From the NCBI GenBank assembly GCA_964450885.1, contig CAYVFE010000002.1:116494-180493 (forward strand): a DNA stretch of 64,000 nucleotides, in the 5' to 3' direction. The translations under genes and the position numbers were made by a program. Source of the DNA: an uncultured Gammaproteobacteria bacterium. GTDB lineage: Bacteria; Patescibacteriota; Microgenomatia; Levybacterales; GWA1-39-11. The notes below the pieces were generated by a model. It ran no database searches, was not told where the DNA came from, and saw nothing but the letters and a program-made list of their open reading frames with translations. The first letter of the stretch is position 1; the number at the start of each line of letters is the position of its first letter. Shown piece after piece: positions 8,991 to 20,003 of the stretch.

Positions 8991-9377
8991 CTACCCGTGA
9001 TGAATTCCCAGAAGATGTCTGACACTATGTTCCACAAGTTCTGATATTTTGTCATCGACCAACATGTTCTCACGACTTGACTCCTCGATGACCTTCGGAT
9101 AAGCGATAACTATATCCCCGAGGTACAACTTATTCGCAACAGGCGCAACCACATCACCCTCCTGCTGGGGAAATGACAAAACATTTGTAGACTTGTCTAT
9201 ATTACGGAATTTTTTATTAAGTCCCCTCATCTTCCGGTTCCCAACCACGGCAACAGATACTTCACAGGAAGCATTGATCTTGTGCTCATCCAGAATATTA
9301 TTAACAGACTCTTTAATCCTTTTGCGGTTAACTTTATATCTGCTTTCAATATAAATAGGAACGTTTACTGTAGCCAT
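8991..9377 (-). CDS. ybeY: rRNA maturation endoribonuclease YbeY
   Basis: LNKKFRNIDKSTNVLSFP, LGDIVI and HSVRHLLGIHH. Confidence 0.92.
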   Translation of the reverse strand: MATVNVPIYIESRYKVNRKRIKESVNNILDEHKINASCEVSVAVVGNRKMRGLNKKFRNIDKSTNVLSFPQQEGDVVAPVANKLYLGDIVIAYPKVIEESSRENMLVDDKISELVEHSVRHLLGIHHG

Positions 9378-9397
9378 AGAATAGGGACCTACGGAAA

Positions 9398-9577
9398 TTA
9401 GACGATATTTTTCATCTTTCGATTAAGCTCTTTCCTGTATTTTTTTGCCACAGAAGGCTTAAGATGAAATTCTCTCTTTTTCATTTCCAAAATTATACCC
9501 TCAGACATAACCTGTCTGGAGAATTTTCTTATCATACTGTCTGGCGACTCACCAGGTCTTTTTTTAACAAATACCAT
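9398..9577 (-). CDS. rpsU: 30S ribosomal protein S21
   Basis: GESPDSMIRKFSR...KKREFHLKPS; start placed at the ATG after the GGGGGTG SD. Confidence 0.88.
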   Translation of the reverse strand: MVFVKKRPGESPDSMIRKFSRQVMSEGIILEMKKREFHLKPSVAKKYRKELNRKMKNIV

Positions 9578-9664
9578 TAAAAACACCCCCTCTTGTTCAG
9601 AAAGTATATTATATTACAATTTGACTTGGAAAAAAAGAAACTATATGAAGATTTACGATTTGGC

Positions 9665-9994
9665 CTATACTTTCAATCCCAAAGGTCCTCTCAAATGAAA
9701 ATGCAGATGGTCAATGGTCTGCGCTCCTCCAGCATATACTAGCACCTTATATCCTTTTCCATTTAGCCCTTTTTCTTCAACCACCTTTTTTATTCCTTTT
9801 CTGACAGATGAAAGGATCATATCATCACCATCTGAGAGCAAATCAAGACTATCAAAATGTTTTTTTGGGATAAATAGAACATGCACTTCTGATTGTGGAT
9901 TTATATCATCGAAAGCTACGATATTTTCATCCTCAAAATGAAGCTCTTTGGGTATCTCTTTTTTTACTATCTTGCAAAATATACAGTCGTTCAT
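9665..9994 (-). CDS. HIT family nucleotide-binding protein (HinT-like)
   Basis: DCIFCKIV and the HLHFH triad; ATG 6 nt after TATAAT. Confidence 0.9.
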   Translation of the reverse strand: MNDCIFCKIVKKEIPKELHFEDENIVAFDDINPQSEVHVLFIPKKHFDSLDLLSDGDDMILSSVRKGIKKVVEEKGLNGKGYKVLVYAGGAQTIDHLHFHLRGPLGLKV

Positions 9995-10013
9995 TTTTTT
10001 ATTATACCAAATC

Positions 10014-10370
10014 TCAATGCCTGAGCCTCTTGTCGACAACCTCCAGAAAGTGGTCTATCTCAAAAGGTTTTGCTATAAATTCGTCTGCGCCTGCTGCCTT
10101 CGCGCTTACATTTGCACTAGGATGTGCAGAAATCATAACAAGTGGTATATTTTTTGTCTTTTTATCGCTTTTTAATCTCCTCGCGATATCACGACCATCC
10201 TCACCTGACAAAAGCACATCAAGGAGTATCATATCTGGTTCAAACTCATCTAAAATCCCTGATATTCTTCCATTTTCGCTAGTTCTGACTTCATAATCAT
10301 TTTCCTCAAGAATAAATTTGACGACCTCCAAAATCGCTTCATCATCATCAATCGCAAGTATTTTTTTCAT
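10014..10370 (-). CDS. Single-domain response regulator
   Basis: ILAIDDD, PDMILLD, MISA and KPF; 3 nt downstream of the histidine kinase. Confidence 0.92.
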   Translation of the reverse strand: MKKILAIDDDEAILEVVKFILEENDYEVRTSENGRISGILDEFEPDMILLDVLLSGEDGRDIARRLKSDKKTKNIPLVMISAHPSANVSAKAAGADEFIAKPFEIDHFLEVVDKRLRH

Positions 10371-10373
10371 AAA

Positions 10374-12758
10374 TTAATAAATCGGCAGTGCAAATTGAAA
10401 AACCGACCCTTTTTTCTTCTGGCTTGTTGCCCAAATTTCCCCATTATGCCTTTGTATGATTTCTTTGGAAATATAAAGCCCTATCCCAAGACCAGGGAAG
10501 GTCTTATCATTTACGTCTTTTACCCTATAAAATCTATCAAATATCTTTTCTGCCTCATCTTTATCCATACCTATACCATAATCTTTCACACTTACCAATA
10601 TGTTCTCGTTTCCATTTTTCATAGAAACAACGACCTTGTCCCTGTTCGGAGAATACTTGATCGCGTTGGAGATAAGATTTATGAGCACCTGAGAGATACG
10701 GTCACGGTCACCATTTATCTTTCTACTGATTTTGTTCCGCAAATGGATTTTATGCGTATTCGTAGTCTGCCTCAAATCTCCTATCACCTCTGTGACCAGC
10801 TCTGAAATATCAAAGGGCTCTGACTTATAGGAAAGCTTTCCAGTCTGAAGCTTCGAGAGATTTAGAAGATCTTCGATAAGCTCCATGAGCTTGTCGAGCT
10901 GAGCATCAACTCTATTTATAAACATTGCACTCCTACTATTCTGATAGTCTTTGTGCTCTTGTTTTAGAAGATGCATGAAGCCTTTGATGCTTGTAATCGG
11001 AGTCTTTAGTTCATGACTCGCGATACTTATGAAATCATCTTTTTTTCTCTCCAGCTCCTTACTTTGCGTGATGTCACTTATGATATTTACGACTGCACTG
11101 ATTTTTTCGCTATTATCTTTTATCGCTCTTGCTTTTACGATTGACCATCTTTTTTCTCCTGTTTTTTTATTTATGAAAAAAATAGCGTCTTGTGGATTAT
11201 GCTCGCCCGTAAGAGCACGCCTACCAGGAAGATTACTTGTATCATAAGGGTTATCGTTTTCATCCTTTACTTCATAAGCTTCCGACCATTTCTTTGGATT
11301 TTTTAGCATCTGCCTAACTGATTTATATCCTGACGCTAAAGCTGCTGCCCTATTCGCGTATACTAATTTCCCCAAACTGTCCTGTAGGGTTATGCCATCT
11401 GCTGTATTTTCGAGTATCGCCCCTAGCTGATCCCGCGAACTGCGCAGTTCATTCTCGATTTTTTTCCTTTTGTCGATCTCAAGCTTTGCCATATGATATA
11501 GCTTTGCATTCTCGACTGCCTGACCTGCCATATTTCCTAATTCTTGAGCAAATTTCAGATCCGATTCATCAAAATAACGGTTGTCCTGCGAAGATACAAG
11601 GCTTATTACTCCCAAAATTTTCTTCCCGCACTTGATCGGCACAGATATTACTGATCTAATGTTCAGTTTTTTAATTAGACGGATCTGCTCCTCACTTGCA
11701 TCGGAATTTACGATAAGTTTGTCCGTTATTTTTTTATATAACTCAGACTTTCCAGTCTTGAATACTCTATAAGTCGAACTTTTTTTGTCGTCAGCTGAAC
11801 CGAACTTTTTTTGCAGACCTTCTGCCCACTTGATCATATCAGGATCTTCATGCGCGATAACGACACTACTCAAAGTATGGCTATCACCGATATGGATCGA
11901 ACACCAATCCGCAACCTCGGGAACCATGATCTTTGCAAGCTTTCTTAAGGTCACACCAAAACTTAGAGAAGAAAAAAGTATCTTGTTTGCCTTGACCAAG
12001 TAATCATCATATTCTTTGTCTTTCCGCCTATATGTGTTATCTCTATCAAAAACACTTGTTCCGATCACCTGGCCATCATCACCCACAATGGGAGATATCT
12101 TTGCTATTATATCTATCACTTTCCCCTCCTTGGTAACACGCACTGTCTCGTAATCTTCAAGAAGTTTACCCTTTTTTAACATTTGACTTATTTTTTTTAG
12201 TTCATCCTTATTGTCCTTGGGTACGAGAAACGAAAAATGCTTTCCGATAACCTCAGGGGCTTTGTATCCGAAAAGATTTTCTGCAGCTTTATTCCAAGAC
12301 ACGATATTTCCCTCTATATCTCTACTTATGATTGCACTATCTGATGATTGAACTAAATTTTTGTAATGCACCAACTCCTCATGTTTTTTTAATTCGTTTG
12401 TGATATCGCGTCCGATCCCTATTACACCTACTATTTTTCCGTTCTCCATCTCTGGAGCACTTTTGAATTCGCCAAGTATATAGTTGCCTTTTTTTGATCT
12501 GATCCTTAACCGATAATAACTCCTGGATTCTCCTCTCAGAGTTTTGGAAAAATTTATCAAGGCTTTTGGCAGGTCTGCAGGATGAACGATTTGTGCAAAA
12601 TTTTTTCCTATCCACTCTTTTCGCTTCCAGCCTGTAATTTTCTCGAATGCTGAGCTCAGGGATGTAAAATTTCCTGATTTTGAGATTGTATATACTACGT
12701 CTGGAGCAAGCTCGACAATAGTCTTGTAACGAGCATCGCCCGGTAAATCATTATTCAT
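10374..12758 (-). CDS. Cytoplasmic PAS-PAS-GAF-PAS sensor histidine kinase
   Basis: PAS motifs (VHPADL, SWNKAAE), GAF (VADWCSI), H-box SHELKTPITS, N-box NLISNAIKY, G-boxes DYGIG and GLGIGL. Confidence 0.93.
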   Translation of the reverse strand: MNNDLPGDARYKTIVELAPDVVYTISKSGNFTSLSSAFEKITGWKRKEWIGKNFAQIVHPADLPKALINFSKTLRGESRSYYRLRIRSKKGNYILGEFKSAPEMENGKIVGVIGIGRDITNELKKHEELVHYKNLVQSSDSAIISRDIEGNIVSWNKAAENLFGYKAPEVIGKHFSFLVPKDNKDELKKISQMLKKGKLLEDYETVRVTKEGKVIDIIAKISPIVGDDGQVIGTSVFDRDNTYRRKDKEYDDYLVKANKILFSSLSFGVTLRKLAKIMVPEVADWCSIHIGDSHTLSSVVIAHEDPDMIKWAEGLQKKFGSADDKKSSTYRVFKTGKSELYKKITDKLIVNSDASEEQIRLIKKLNIRSVISVPIKCGKKILGVISLVSSQDNRYFDESDLKFAQELGNMAGQAVENAKLYHMAKLEIDKRKKIENELRSSRDQLGAILENTADGITLQDSLGKLVYANRAAALASGYKSVRQMLKNPKKWSEAYEVKDENDNPYDTSNLPGRRALTGEHNPQDAIFFINKKTGEKRWSIVKARAIKDNSEKISAVVNIISDITQSKELERKKDDFISIASHELKTPITSIKGFMHLLKQEHKDYQNSRSAMFINRVDAQLDKLMELIEDLLNLSKLQTGKLSYKSEPFDISELVTEVIGDLRQTTNTHKIHLRNKISRKINGDRDRISQVLINLISNAIKYSPNRDKVVVSMKNGNENILVSVKDYGIGMDKDEAEKIFDRFYRVKDVNDKTFPGLGIGLYISKEIIQRHNGEIWATSQKKKGSVFQFALPIY

Positions 12759-12810
12759 AAACTATCTCAACTTATGTGTCGTGAAGTAAAATAATTATAA
12801 ATCCCGAGAA

Positions 12811-12838
12811 TAAGAAATATGTAAGAATGCGTTAAGAA
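12811..12838 (-). promoter_or_regulatory. Three TTCTTA direct repeats at 11-bp spacing (OmpR/PhoB-type box)
   Basis: TAAGAA on + at 12811, 12822 and 12833, upstream of TATAAT (12794-12799, minus) of the kinase gene. Confidence 0.55.
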
Positions 12839-12872
12839 ATATAGTAAATCGAAAGTAAAAAAACGTCCTATA

Positions 12873-13319
12873 CTATTTGCTCCTGGTTATCCGTCCGACC
12901 AGATGTCCCCAAATAGATTTTTCGGATTTCTCGTTTTTGTAAGCTGCATGATATGCATTGTTTATATCCTCTATTGCATCACTAAATTCAAATCTTTTTA
13001 GGTCCATGTCGCCACCAGCATGAGCTCTAAGAGCACTCAAAGATTCTATTTGAGAACGACTTATAGCAATATTCGTTTTTTCGGGAATCTTATTGCCGTT
13101 TAATGCAAGGCGGTTATCGAAAGAGTACGCTAAATCATCATAGGTATCTACTTGATACGGCTCGTACCCGAACAGATCTATGTTTCTCATGACATACTCG
13201 TTGAGGTGGTTTGCCATGACCAGAACCGAACTTGTATTAACCGCTATTTCCAGAAAAGGATTTTCGGATATTATTTTCTGCGCTTGCTCCACAGCGGCGG
13301 CACCATTCTCTCTTTCCAT
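12873..13319 (-). CDS. Hypothetical protein
   Basis: 148 aa ORF starting 3 nt after the ychF stop. Confidence 0.6.
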   Translation of the reverse strand: MERENGAAAVEQAQKIISENPFLEIAVNTSSVLVMANHLNEYVMRNIDLFGYEPYQVDTYDDLAYSFDNRLALNGNKIPEKTNIAISRSQIESLSALRAHAGGDMDLKRFEFSDAIEDINNAYHAAYKNEKSEKSIWGHLVGRITRSK

Positions 13320-13322
13320 AAT

Positions 13323-14423
13323 CTACCTTCCTATCTTGAATTCTACCACGTCTCCATCATTCATAATATAATCGCGGCCCTCCATCCGGGCTTTTCCTTT
13401 TTCGCGCGCGCCCTTCCATCCACCAAGCGTTATAAAGTCATCATACCGCACCACCTCTGCCTTTATGAACTTTGCCATAAAATCAGTATGGATAGCACCA
13501 CTTGCCTCAACTGCATTGCTACCATTTTTTATCGTCCAGGCCTTTACTTCGGTTTCTCCGCACGTAAGGTATGAGATCAGATCCAATTTTTCGTAGGCTT
13601 TATTTATGAGTCTCTCAAGACCTGACTTTTCTACACCCAGATCATTTAAGTATTCTTCTTGCTCATCTGAGGAAAGCTCGGCGAGCTCCGATTCAATCTT
13701 CGCGGAGATAACTACAAACTGCGAAGGATCAAACTCCAAAAGCTGTGAATATTTCTGAACTGTTTCTTTTATTTTTTCCTCAGAATAATCGTTCTCAGAA
13801 ACATTCAATACTATTATCTCCTGCTTCTGCGAAAGCAGATTTAATTCTCTGATAGACTCGTATTCTTCATCAGTCAGGTTGGCTGAGGAAATGCTTTTTC
13901 CTCCTGACAATATGTCTTTTAATTTAGTAACAGCAGATGCTTTTGTTTTATCCAGCTTGAGACTTTTCTCATTTATGTTGTCGAGTGTCTGCATATCTGA
14001 CAGAATCAACTCATAACGTATAGTTTCATAGTCGCTTTTCGGATCAACTGCGCCCTCTTTTATGACGTCTGCATCATCAAATACTCTAACTACATGGGCG
14101 ATAACTTTTACCTCCCGGATATGAGAAAGAAATTTATTTCCGAGCCCTTCTCCTTCACTGGCGCCTTTTACGAGACCTGCTATATCGACGAATTCGACTG
14201 TTGCTGATTTTATCGGAGGAAGATCTGACATACTTTCTTCTACCTTCGTAATTTCTGCAAGTCTCACCAAGCGTTCGTCGGGAACTGGAACTATTCCGGT
14301 ATTTGGCTCTATGGTTGCGAATGGATAATTTGCAGCAAGCGCCGCCTGCTTTTTCAAAAGTGCGTTAAACAATGTGGACTTCCCCACATTCGGAAGTCCC
14401 ACAATTCCTACAGATAGATTCAT
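13323..14423 (-). CDS. ychF: Ribosome-binding ATPase YchF
   Basis: GIVGLPNVGKSTLFN, ANYPFATIEPN, DIAGLVKGAS and C-terminal EGRDYIMNDGDVV. Confidence 0.97.
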   Translation of the reverse strand: MNLSVGIVGLPNVGKSTLFNALLKKQAALAANYPFATIEPNTGIVPVPDERLVRLAEITKVEESMSDLPPIKSATVEFVDIAGLVKGASEGEGLGNKFLSHIREVKVIAHVVRVFDDADVIKEGAVDPKSDYETIRYELILSDMQTLDNINEKSLKLDKTKASAVTKLKDILSGGKSISSANLTDEEYESIRELNLLSQKQEIIVLNVSENDYSEEKIKETVQKYSQLLEFDPSQFVVISAKIESELAELSSDEQEEYLNDLGVEKSGLERLINKAYEKLDLISYLTCGETEVKAWTIKNGSNAVEASGAIHTDFMAKFIKAEVVRYDDFITLGGWKGAREKGKARMEGRDYIMNDGDVVEFKIGR

Positions 14424-14468
14424 AAAGGAAATTATACCATGAAGATAATCTAAACTATTATCCTTATC

Positions 14469-15074
14469 TCATTTCTCACCATTAAAATGCTTGTGGTCCT
14501 TATGAAGATTGTTGTAAATCCAGTAGGGCAAAATTCCGATTATATTAACGATGCTCGATATTACAAATAACGTTTTAAAACCAAACTTGGTCGCTATTAC
14601 TCCTCCAAGCGCGATAGCGATCCCCATGCCCGTAAATGTTATAGCATCATATGTGCTCCATGTCTTGGATGCCTGCTGCCTATTAAGATTTAGTGAAAAC
14701 ATCGGGTATTTGGCAGGCGATGATATTCCAAAGCTTATTCCCGCGATAATAAAGAATATATAAAAAGTTAAAAGACTGGGAATAAGTGCAATAAGTAAAT
14801 AGCAGCATGACAACAGCACCATCCCAGTCGCATCCGTAACCATACGCTTTCTGTCTGATGGAAAGCTAATAAGGTTACTTACAAAGAGCCCAACAATCAC
14901 CCTAACCAATAAATATAATGTAAATCCAAACGCTGCTGTTTGGACACTACCATTTGGCAACGCGCTGACAACATACACAGCGATTATAGGAGATACAAGA
15001 TTCCACGCAGACCAAAAAAAGGCTTCAGAAAAAATGAAAGCAAGGACAATGGGATTTATTTTTCGCAACATCAT
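14469..15074 (-). CDS. Half-size MFS-like transporter (about 6 TM)
   Basis: 201 aa; about six hydrophobic helices and an MFS-like SD-RKR loop. Confidence 0.7.
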   Translation of the reverse strand: MMLRKINPIVLAFIFSEAFFWSAWNLVSPIIAVYVVSALPNGSVQTAAFGFTLYLLVRVIVGLFVSNLISFPSDRKRMVTDATGMVLLSCCYLLIALIPSLLTFYIFFIIAGISFGISSPAKYPMFSLNLNRQQASKTWSTYDAITFTGMGIAIALGGVIATKFGFKTLFVISSIVNIIGILPYWIYNNLHKDHKHFNGEK

Positions 15075-15221
15075 TATATGAGTATATAGAATCTATAGCC
15101 TTGTTGCCAACCTGATTACCAGCATTCATTAATTTCTCAAAAATAATCTTCCTAGCTGACGAATAGGACAAACATACAAATAAATAGACTACTGCTTATA
15201 ATTAGGCTAATATATTTATAA

Positions 15222-15920
15222 ATGAATAGAAAGAAAATCTTTTTTGCTGCTGGGTTCATTGCATTAACCATAACTATATTCATTACGATTTATTTAGTCA
15301 GCCAGCAACAGGATCTTCGCCAACGAGCATCGGAAAGTATCCAGACACTGGTCGAATGCAACGCTCAAACTATTGCCTGCGATAAACAATTTCAGGACAA
15401 CAAAGCGCTTGCGTGTGCGAATAAATCTATAGTTGTAACTGAACTCATCAGCAGAGATGAGTCGCCCTGCAAAGGCAAAGACAGAGCTTTTGTAGAGCAG
15501 CAACTCAACGATGCATGCGCAAATGGATGCTCAGGTCCTACTGCAACCCCCAGAAGTCAAACAACAACTGCGCCAACCCAAACCCCGACATCGTCTCCCG
15601 CACCCACAAGCACGCAACCTACATCAACCATCTCACCCAACTCTACGAATGCTCCCACAATTCCGCCAACAATCGTACCTACATCATTACCAGAATCCAC
15701 ATCCTCCCCTAGTCCAACACTTGCATCAACCATCATCCCAACACCCACCCCTATATCATCCACAAGTGCCACCATGACTCCAACAGGGATTGCACCGACA
15801 GCAACATTTACTCCTACACCTATAATAGAGAATCCTGGGGGTCTGGAAAGTACTATTCTGATAACCTTCGGTGCAATAACGATAATTCTGCTGGGTGGAA
15901 TTCTTCTTTTTACCTTGTAG
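15222..15920 (+). CDS. Exported Cys-containing, Thr/Pro-rich surface protein with N- and C-terminal TM segments
   Basis: N-terminal TM followed by QQQDLRQRA, a 6-Cys domain, a long T/P/S stalk, then ENPGG and a hydrophobic tail. Confidence 0.75.
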   Translation: MNRKKIFFAAGFIALTITIFITIYLVSQQQDLRQRASESIQTLVECNAQTIACDKQFQDNKALACANKSIVVTELISRDESPCKGKDRAFVEQQLNDACANGCSGPTATPRSQTTTAPTQTPTSSPAPTSTQPTSTISPNSTNAPTIPPTIVPTSLPESTSSPSPTLASTIIPTPTPISSTSATMTPTGIAPTATFTPTPIIENPGGLESTILITFGAITIILLGGILLFTL

Positions 15921-15990
15921 CTTTATCACCAAAATAGTTTCAACTTGTAACACTCCCCTTACATTTATTTGTAAAAATCTAAATAAATTT

Positions 15991-16431
15991 ATGGAAACAA
16001 AAAAACTTATACAGATGGGTTTTATCCATTTTGTAATAATGTTTGTTCTGATGTATTCGATGGTCTATGCTTTCGACCATTTGTATTTTAATTTAAATAA
16101 GGTCTATATGGCAGCCATCATGACCGCCCCTATGCTAATTTTGGAAATTATTATGATGGGGCAAATGCATAAGAACAAAAAAGGTCTGGCGATAATCGCA
16201 GGACTTAGCATAATAGCACTCTTAATGTTTTTTATATTCATTAGACAGCAAACTTTTATTTATGACAAAGAGTTCTTGCGCTCGATGATCCCACATCATT
16301 CGAGTGCTATCCTGATGTGTAATGAGGGAAAAATAAATGATCAAGAGATTAAAAAGCTCTGCGAAGAGATCGTAAAAACCCAGAAGGAGGAGATCAATCA
16401 AATGAAAAATATACTTAGCAGATTAGACTAG
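15991..16431 (+). CDS. DUF305 (CopM-like) copper-binding membrane protein
   Basis: FLRSMIPHHSSAILMC...IVKTQKEEINQM; Met-rich TM helices; next to the cop operon. Confidence 0.85.
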   Translation: METKKLIQMGFIHFVIMFVLMYSMVYAFDHLYFNLNKVYMAAIMTAPMLILEIIMMGQMHKNKKGLAIIAGLSIIALLMFFIFIRQQTFIYDKEFLRSMIPHHSSAILMCNEGKINDQEIKKLCEEIVKTQKEEINQMKNILSRLD

Positions 16432-16635
16432 CTCTGCTTCGTACCCTGTTTCTTTTATTTGATTTATCAGGTCTTTTACAAGAACCGAATCCTCGATTTC
16501 AACTTCACATTGCTGCTTTGCATAATTCGTGTTTGAATTTTTAACACCACTAATGTTGTCTTCCAATTCACAATCGATATTCATGGCACAACTAGTACAG
16601 TGCATACCACTAATTTTCAGAACTATTTTTTTCAT
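16423..16635 (-). CDS. copZ: Copper chaperone (HMA domain)
   Basis: GMHCTSC motif; 70 aa. Confidence 0.88.
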   Translation of the reverse strand: MKKIVLKISGMHCTSCAMNIDCELEDNISGVKNSNTNYAKQQCEVEIEDSVLVKDLINQIKETGYEAELV

Positions 16636-17768
16636 ATGACGTTTATCGTGCCTCTATACATTCCCATACTACACATGAATGGAATCTGGGTTTTTTTATT
16701 TGGCATTTTTAGCGTAATGGTTTCTGTGGTTCCCACTGCTATAATTTTCTGGAAGTTATATGATGGGATAGTAAATGCAGACGCACATGTATAAGATCCA
16801 TCATTTCTGATCCTAAAGGTAACATCTGATCCTGCTTTTACATTAACAATCGAAGGTAAGTAACCATTATCAACAATTGCAATATCCACATCTTCTATTA
16901 CTTCTGTTAGATCCAGTACTTCATTTTTAGATGAATCAGAATTAAATGAAAACCCCATCAGGGCAAGAGTGTTGTTTAAGTTAAACAAAGCAAGGATTAT
17001 AAGAGCCGCTGCTGCTATCTTCATAAATCTTTTTTGCAAAGTATCACCCAACTTTGTAGCAAAATATCCTAATAGAAAAAATACTGGCGAGGTGCCTAGA
17101 ACAAAAGCAAAAAGCACCCCTGCTCCCACAAGCGGACTTCCTGAACCAATAGCAAGTGCCATCATAGCTTGCGTAGTGCCGCAGGGAATAAAAACAGTAA
17201 ACGCACCCAGGAGAACTGGAGCAAAAAAGTTTTTACTTTTTGACTGCTTTCTGACAAGTCGCGTTAGGGCTTTTGGCGGTTGAATTGCAAAATATCTAAA
17301 AATAGGATGCACATTTAAAATGTTTAGCGCAGTTCCAAGCATAAAAATTATTACTGCCATTTGCATAATAATTTGCGTGGTGATAGACATTTGAAATAGT
17401 GATCCAAACAATCCTAATAAAAATCCGAATATCGTATAAGCAAAAAGCTTAGATGAAATAAAGGCAATAATAATACCAGCATTTCCTCCGCCCTTAACCT
17501 TTTCTTTTAGCTTTTCTTCTTCACGTGTAGCGATAGTCGCCGCTAAAAGACCACCCTGCACAGCAAGGCACGTAAGCCCACCAGTCAAAAGACCTGTCAA
17601 AAAAATTGCCATAAAGTTAATCCCCTGACCTTCACCGATCTCGGTTGATGGTAGTATATTTGAAAATGAAGAGAACACACCCGACATTAGAAGAAGGTAA
17701 ATTATCACAAATACAGATATAAAAAACGCTCCTATTACGAGTGCTGTCTCGTTAATTTTTATTTTCAT
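16632..17768 (-). CDS. DsbD_2/TauE-like membrane protein with a C-terminal cupredoxin domain
   Basis: GGLTCLAVQGG, FIPCGTTQ, C-terminal YTCA...FMCSMGMYRG. Confidence 0.8.
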   Translation of the reverse strand: MKIKINETALVIGAFFISVFVIIYLLLMSGVFSSFSNILPSTEIGEGQGINFMAIFLTGLLTGGLTCLAVQGGLLAATIATREEEKLKEKVKGGGNAGIIIAFISSKLFAYTIFGFLLGLFGSLFQMSITTQIIMQMAVIIFMLGTALNILNVHPIFRYFAIQPPKALTRLVRKQSKSKNFFAPVLLGAFTVFIPCGTTQAMMALAIGSGSPLVGAGVLFAFVLGTSPVFFLLGYFATKLGDTLQKRFMKIAAAALIILALFNLNNTLALMGFSFNSDSSKNEVLDLTEVIEDVDIAIVDNGYLPSIVNVKAGSDVTFRIRNDGSYTCASAFTIPSYNFQKIIAVGTTETITLKMPNKKTQIPFMCSMGMYRGTINVI

Positions 17769-17775
17769 AGATTAA

Positions 17776-20001
17776 TTATAAAAGTTTTGCCCTTTTTAGC
17801 AACAGAGAATTACTTACCACAGATATAGAGCTACCTGCCATCGCAACTGAAGCAAAGATCGGACTTAAGAGAAGCCCGAAGGATGGATAAAGAATACCCA
17901 TTGCAACAGGAATTAAAATGACGTTATACCCAAAAGCCCAAAAGAGGTTTAATTTAATAGTTCTCATTGTTTTTTTAGAAAGCTCAATAGCAGAGGCGAC
18001 AGTCTGTAGGTCTTTATTGATCAGAGTTATATCAGCAGCCTCAATTGCTACATCTGTACCAGCTCCCATTGCAATTCCGACATCTGCTGCAACTAGGGCA
18101 GGTGCATCATTAATACCATCTCCTACCATAACAACTTTTTTGCCTTCAGCTTGTAGTTTTCGTACCTCAGCTTCTTTTTGATCTGGTAAAACATCAGCAA
18201 GCACACGATCAATTCCTACTTTCTTAGCAATTGCATTAGCAGTTCTCTGGTTATCTCCGGTAATCATGACAACCTCAATGCCTTTTTTCTGCAGTGCCTC
18301 AACTCCTGCTTTTGCAGTTTCTTTAATAGTGTCTGCAACCGCAACAAGTCCGACAAGCTTTTTAGCTACAGCAAGCAGCATGACGGTTTTTCCTTCATTT
18401 TCTAATTTGCTTATTTGCTCAAATACTTCATTGAAAGAAATATTCTCCCGATCCATTAAGCGTCTATTTCCGAAAAAGACTTGCTCTTTACCTACATACC
18501 CTTCAACCCCATGCCCAGCAATTGCTTTGAATTTTGATGCAACTTCCAATTTTATCTTCTGATCATCTGCTTCCTTTACAATTGCTTCAGCGAGAGAGTG
18601 TTCAGATCCTTTTTCAATTGAAGCTCCAAGCCGTAGTACTTCGTCTTTTTTTAATGTATTCAAAGGGATAATATCTGTTATTTCAGGCTTCCCTTTTGTG
18701 AGTGTGCCAGTCTTATCAAAAACAACGGTCTTTATTTTATTTGCGACTTCTAGACTACTTGCGTCTTTTATGAGAATTCCGTGCTGAGCACCCAGGCCAG
18801 TTCCCACCATAATTGCTGTAGGAGTCGCAAGACCCATCGCACAAGGACAAGCGATAATCAGAACCGCTACAGTATTTAGCATCGCAAAAAGAAAAGCTGG
18901 TTGTGGCCCGAAAATATACCAGACCCCAAATGTAAAAAAGGCAAGCATTATGACAATCGGCACAAAATAAGATGAAACAGTATCGGCGAGTCTTTGAATT
19001 GGAGCTTTACTTCCCTGGGCCTCCTCAACGAGCTTAATGATTTGTGATAGCATGGTGTCCTGTCCCACCTTTGTTGCTCTATACATAAAAGTCCCAGTCT
19101 TATTAAAAGTGGAGCCCACCACAGTGTCTCCCTTTGCTTTATCCACAGGAAGACTTTCTCCAGTAATCATCGATTCATCGAGCGATGATTCTCCTTCTGT
19201 AATTACTCCATCGACTGGAATTTTTTCTCCAGGACGGACCCTGATGATATCTTCCACCTTTACTTCGTCTACCAAAACGTCTATTTCCTTTCCATCTCTT
19301 AAAACGCGTGCTGTCTTTGCCTGAAGACCTATTAGTTTTTTTATGGCCTGCGATGTGCCAGATTTTGCTTTTGCTTCAAAGTATCGTCCTAATAAAATAA
19401 GTCCTATTACGATTGCAGCAACGTCGTAATATGGCATCGGATCAAGTCCCAAATTCGTGACGACGTTAGGATAAAAAGTAACAAAAACTGAGTAAGCAAA
19501 TGCGACACTTGTGCCTATAGCAACTAACGTGTCCATATTTGCAGTTCTATGTTTTAGGGCTGGAATTGTCGCTCTATAAAACTCAAATCCCGCCCAAAAT
19601 TGAACAGGCATAGCTAGAATTAACTGCACAAATGAATCTTTGAATATCTCAGGAGAAAAGTCCATCAGCCCCGGAAAGCTCCCCCACAATATTAATACAC
19701 CAAGACCAAGACTGATGATAACCTTATGTTTTAGTGAATTTAATTCGCGTTTTTTTTCTTCATCGATGCTTTGAAAGGGTTTTTCTTCAATCTCCAGAGA
19801 GTAACCTGTCCCAGCTATAGACTGTGCTAAGTCTTCCGGTGTACATTTTTTCGAGTCGTAAGTTACTTGTGCTTTTTCGGTTGCAAGATTTACTACCGCA
19901 TCGCTTACTCCAGGTGTTTTTTTTAAAGCACGTTCGGTTACTTTTACACAGGATGCACAGTGCATGCCCTTGATTTGAAATGACTTCTTAACTTCTTTCA
20001 T
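17776..20001 (-). CDS. copA: Copper-exporting P1B-type ATPase
   Basis: [29 protein letters not shown] and MxxSS motifs. Confidence 0.97.
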   Translation of the reverse strand: MKEVKKSFQIKGMHCASCVKVTERALKKTPGVSDAVVNLATEKAQVTYDSKKCTPEDLAQSIAGTGYSLEIEEKPFQSIDEEKKRELNSLKHKVIISLGLGVLILWGSFPGLMDFSPEIFKDSFVQLILAMPVQFWAGFEFYRATIPALKHRTANMDTLVAIGTSVAFAYSVFVTFYPNVVTNLGLDPMPYYDVAAIVIGLILLGRYFEAKAKSGTSQAIKKLIGLQAKTARVLRDGKEIDVLVDEVKVEDIIRVRPGEKIPVDGVITEGESSLDESMITGESLPVDKAKGDTVVGSTFNKTGTFMYRATKVGQDTMLSQIIKLVEEAQGSKAPIQRLADTVSSYFVPIVIMLAFFTFGVWYIFGPQPAFLFAMLNTVAVLIIACPCAMGLATPTAIMVGTGLGAQHGILIKDASSLEVANKIKTVVFDKTGTLTKGKPEITDIIPLNTLKKDEVLRLGASIEKGSEHSLAEAIVKEADDQKIKLEVASKFKAIAGHGVEGYVGKEQVFFGNRRLMDRENISFNEVFEQISKLENEGKTVMLLAVAKKLVGLVAVADTIKETAKAGVEALQKKGIEVVMITGDNQRTANAIAKKVGIDRVLADVLPDQKEAEVRKLQAEGKKVVMVGDGINDAPALVAADVGIAMGAGTDVAIEAADITLINKDLQTVASAIELSKKTMRTIKLNLFWAFGYNVILIPVAMGILYPSFGLLLSPIFASVAMAGSSISVVSNSLLLKRAKLL

Positions 20002-20003
20002 AC

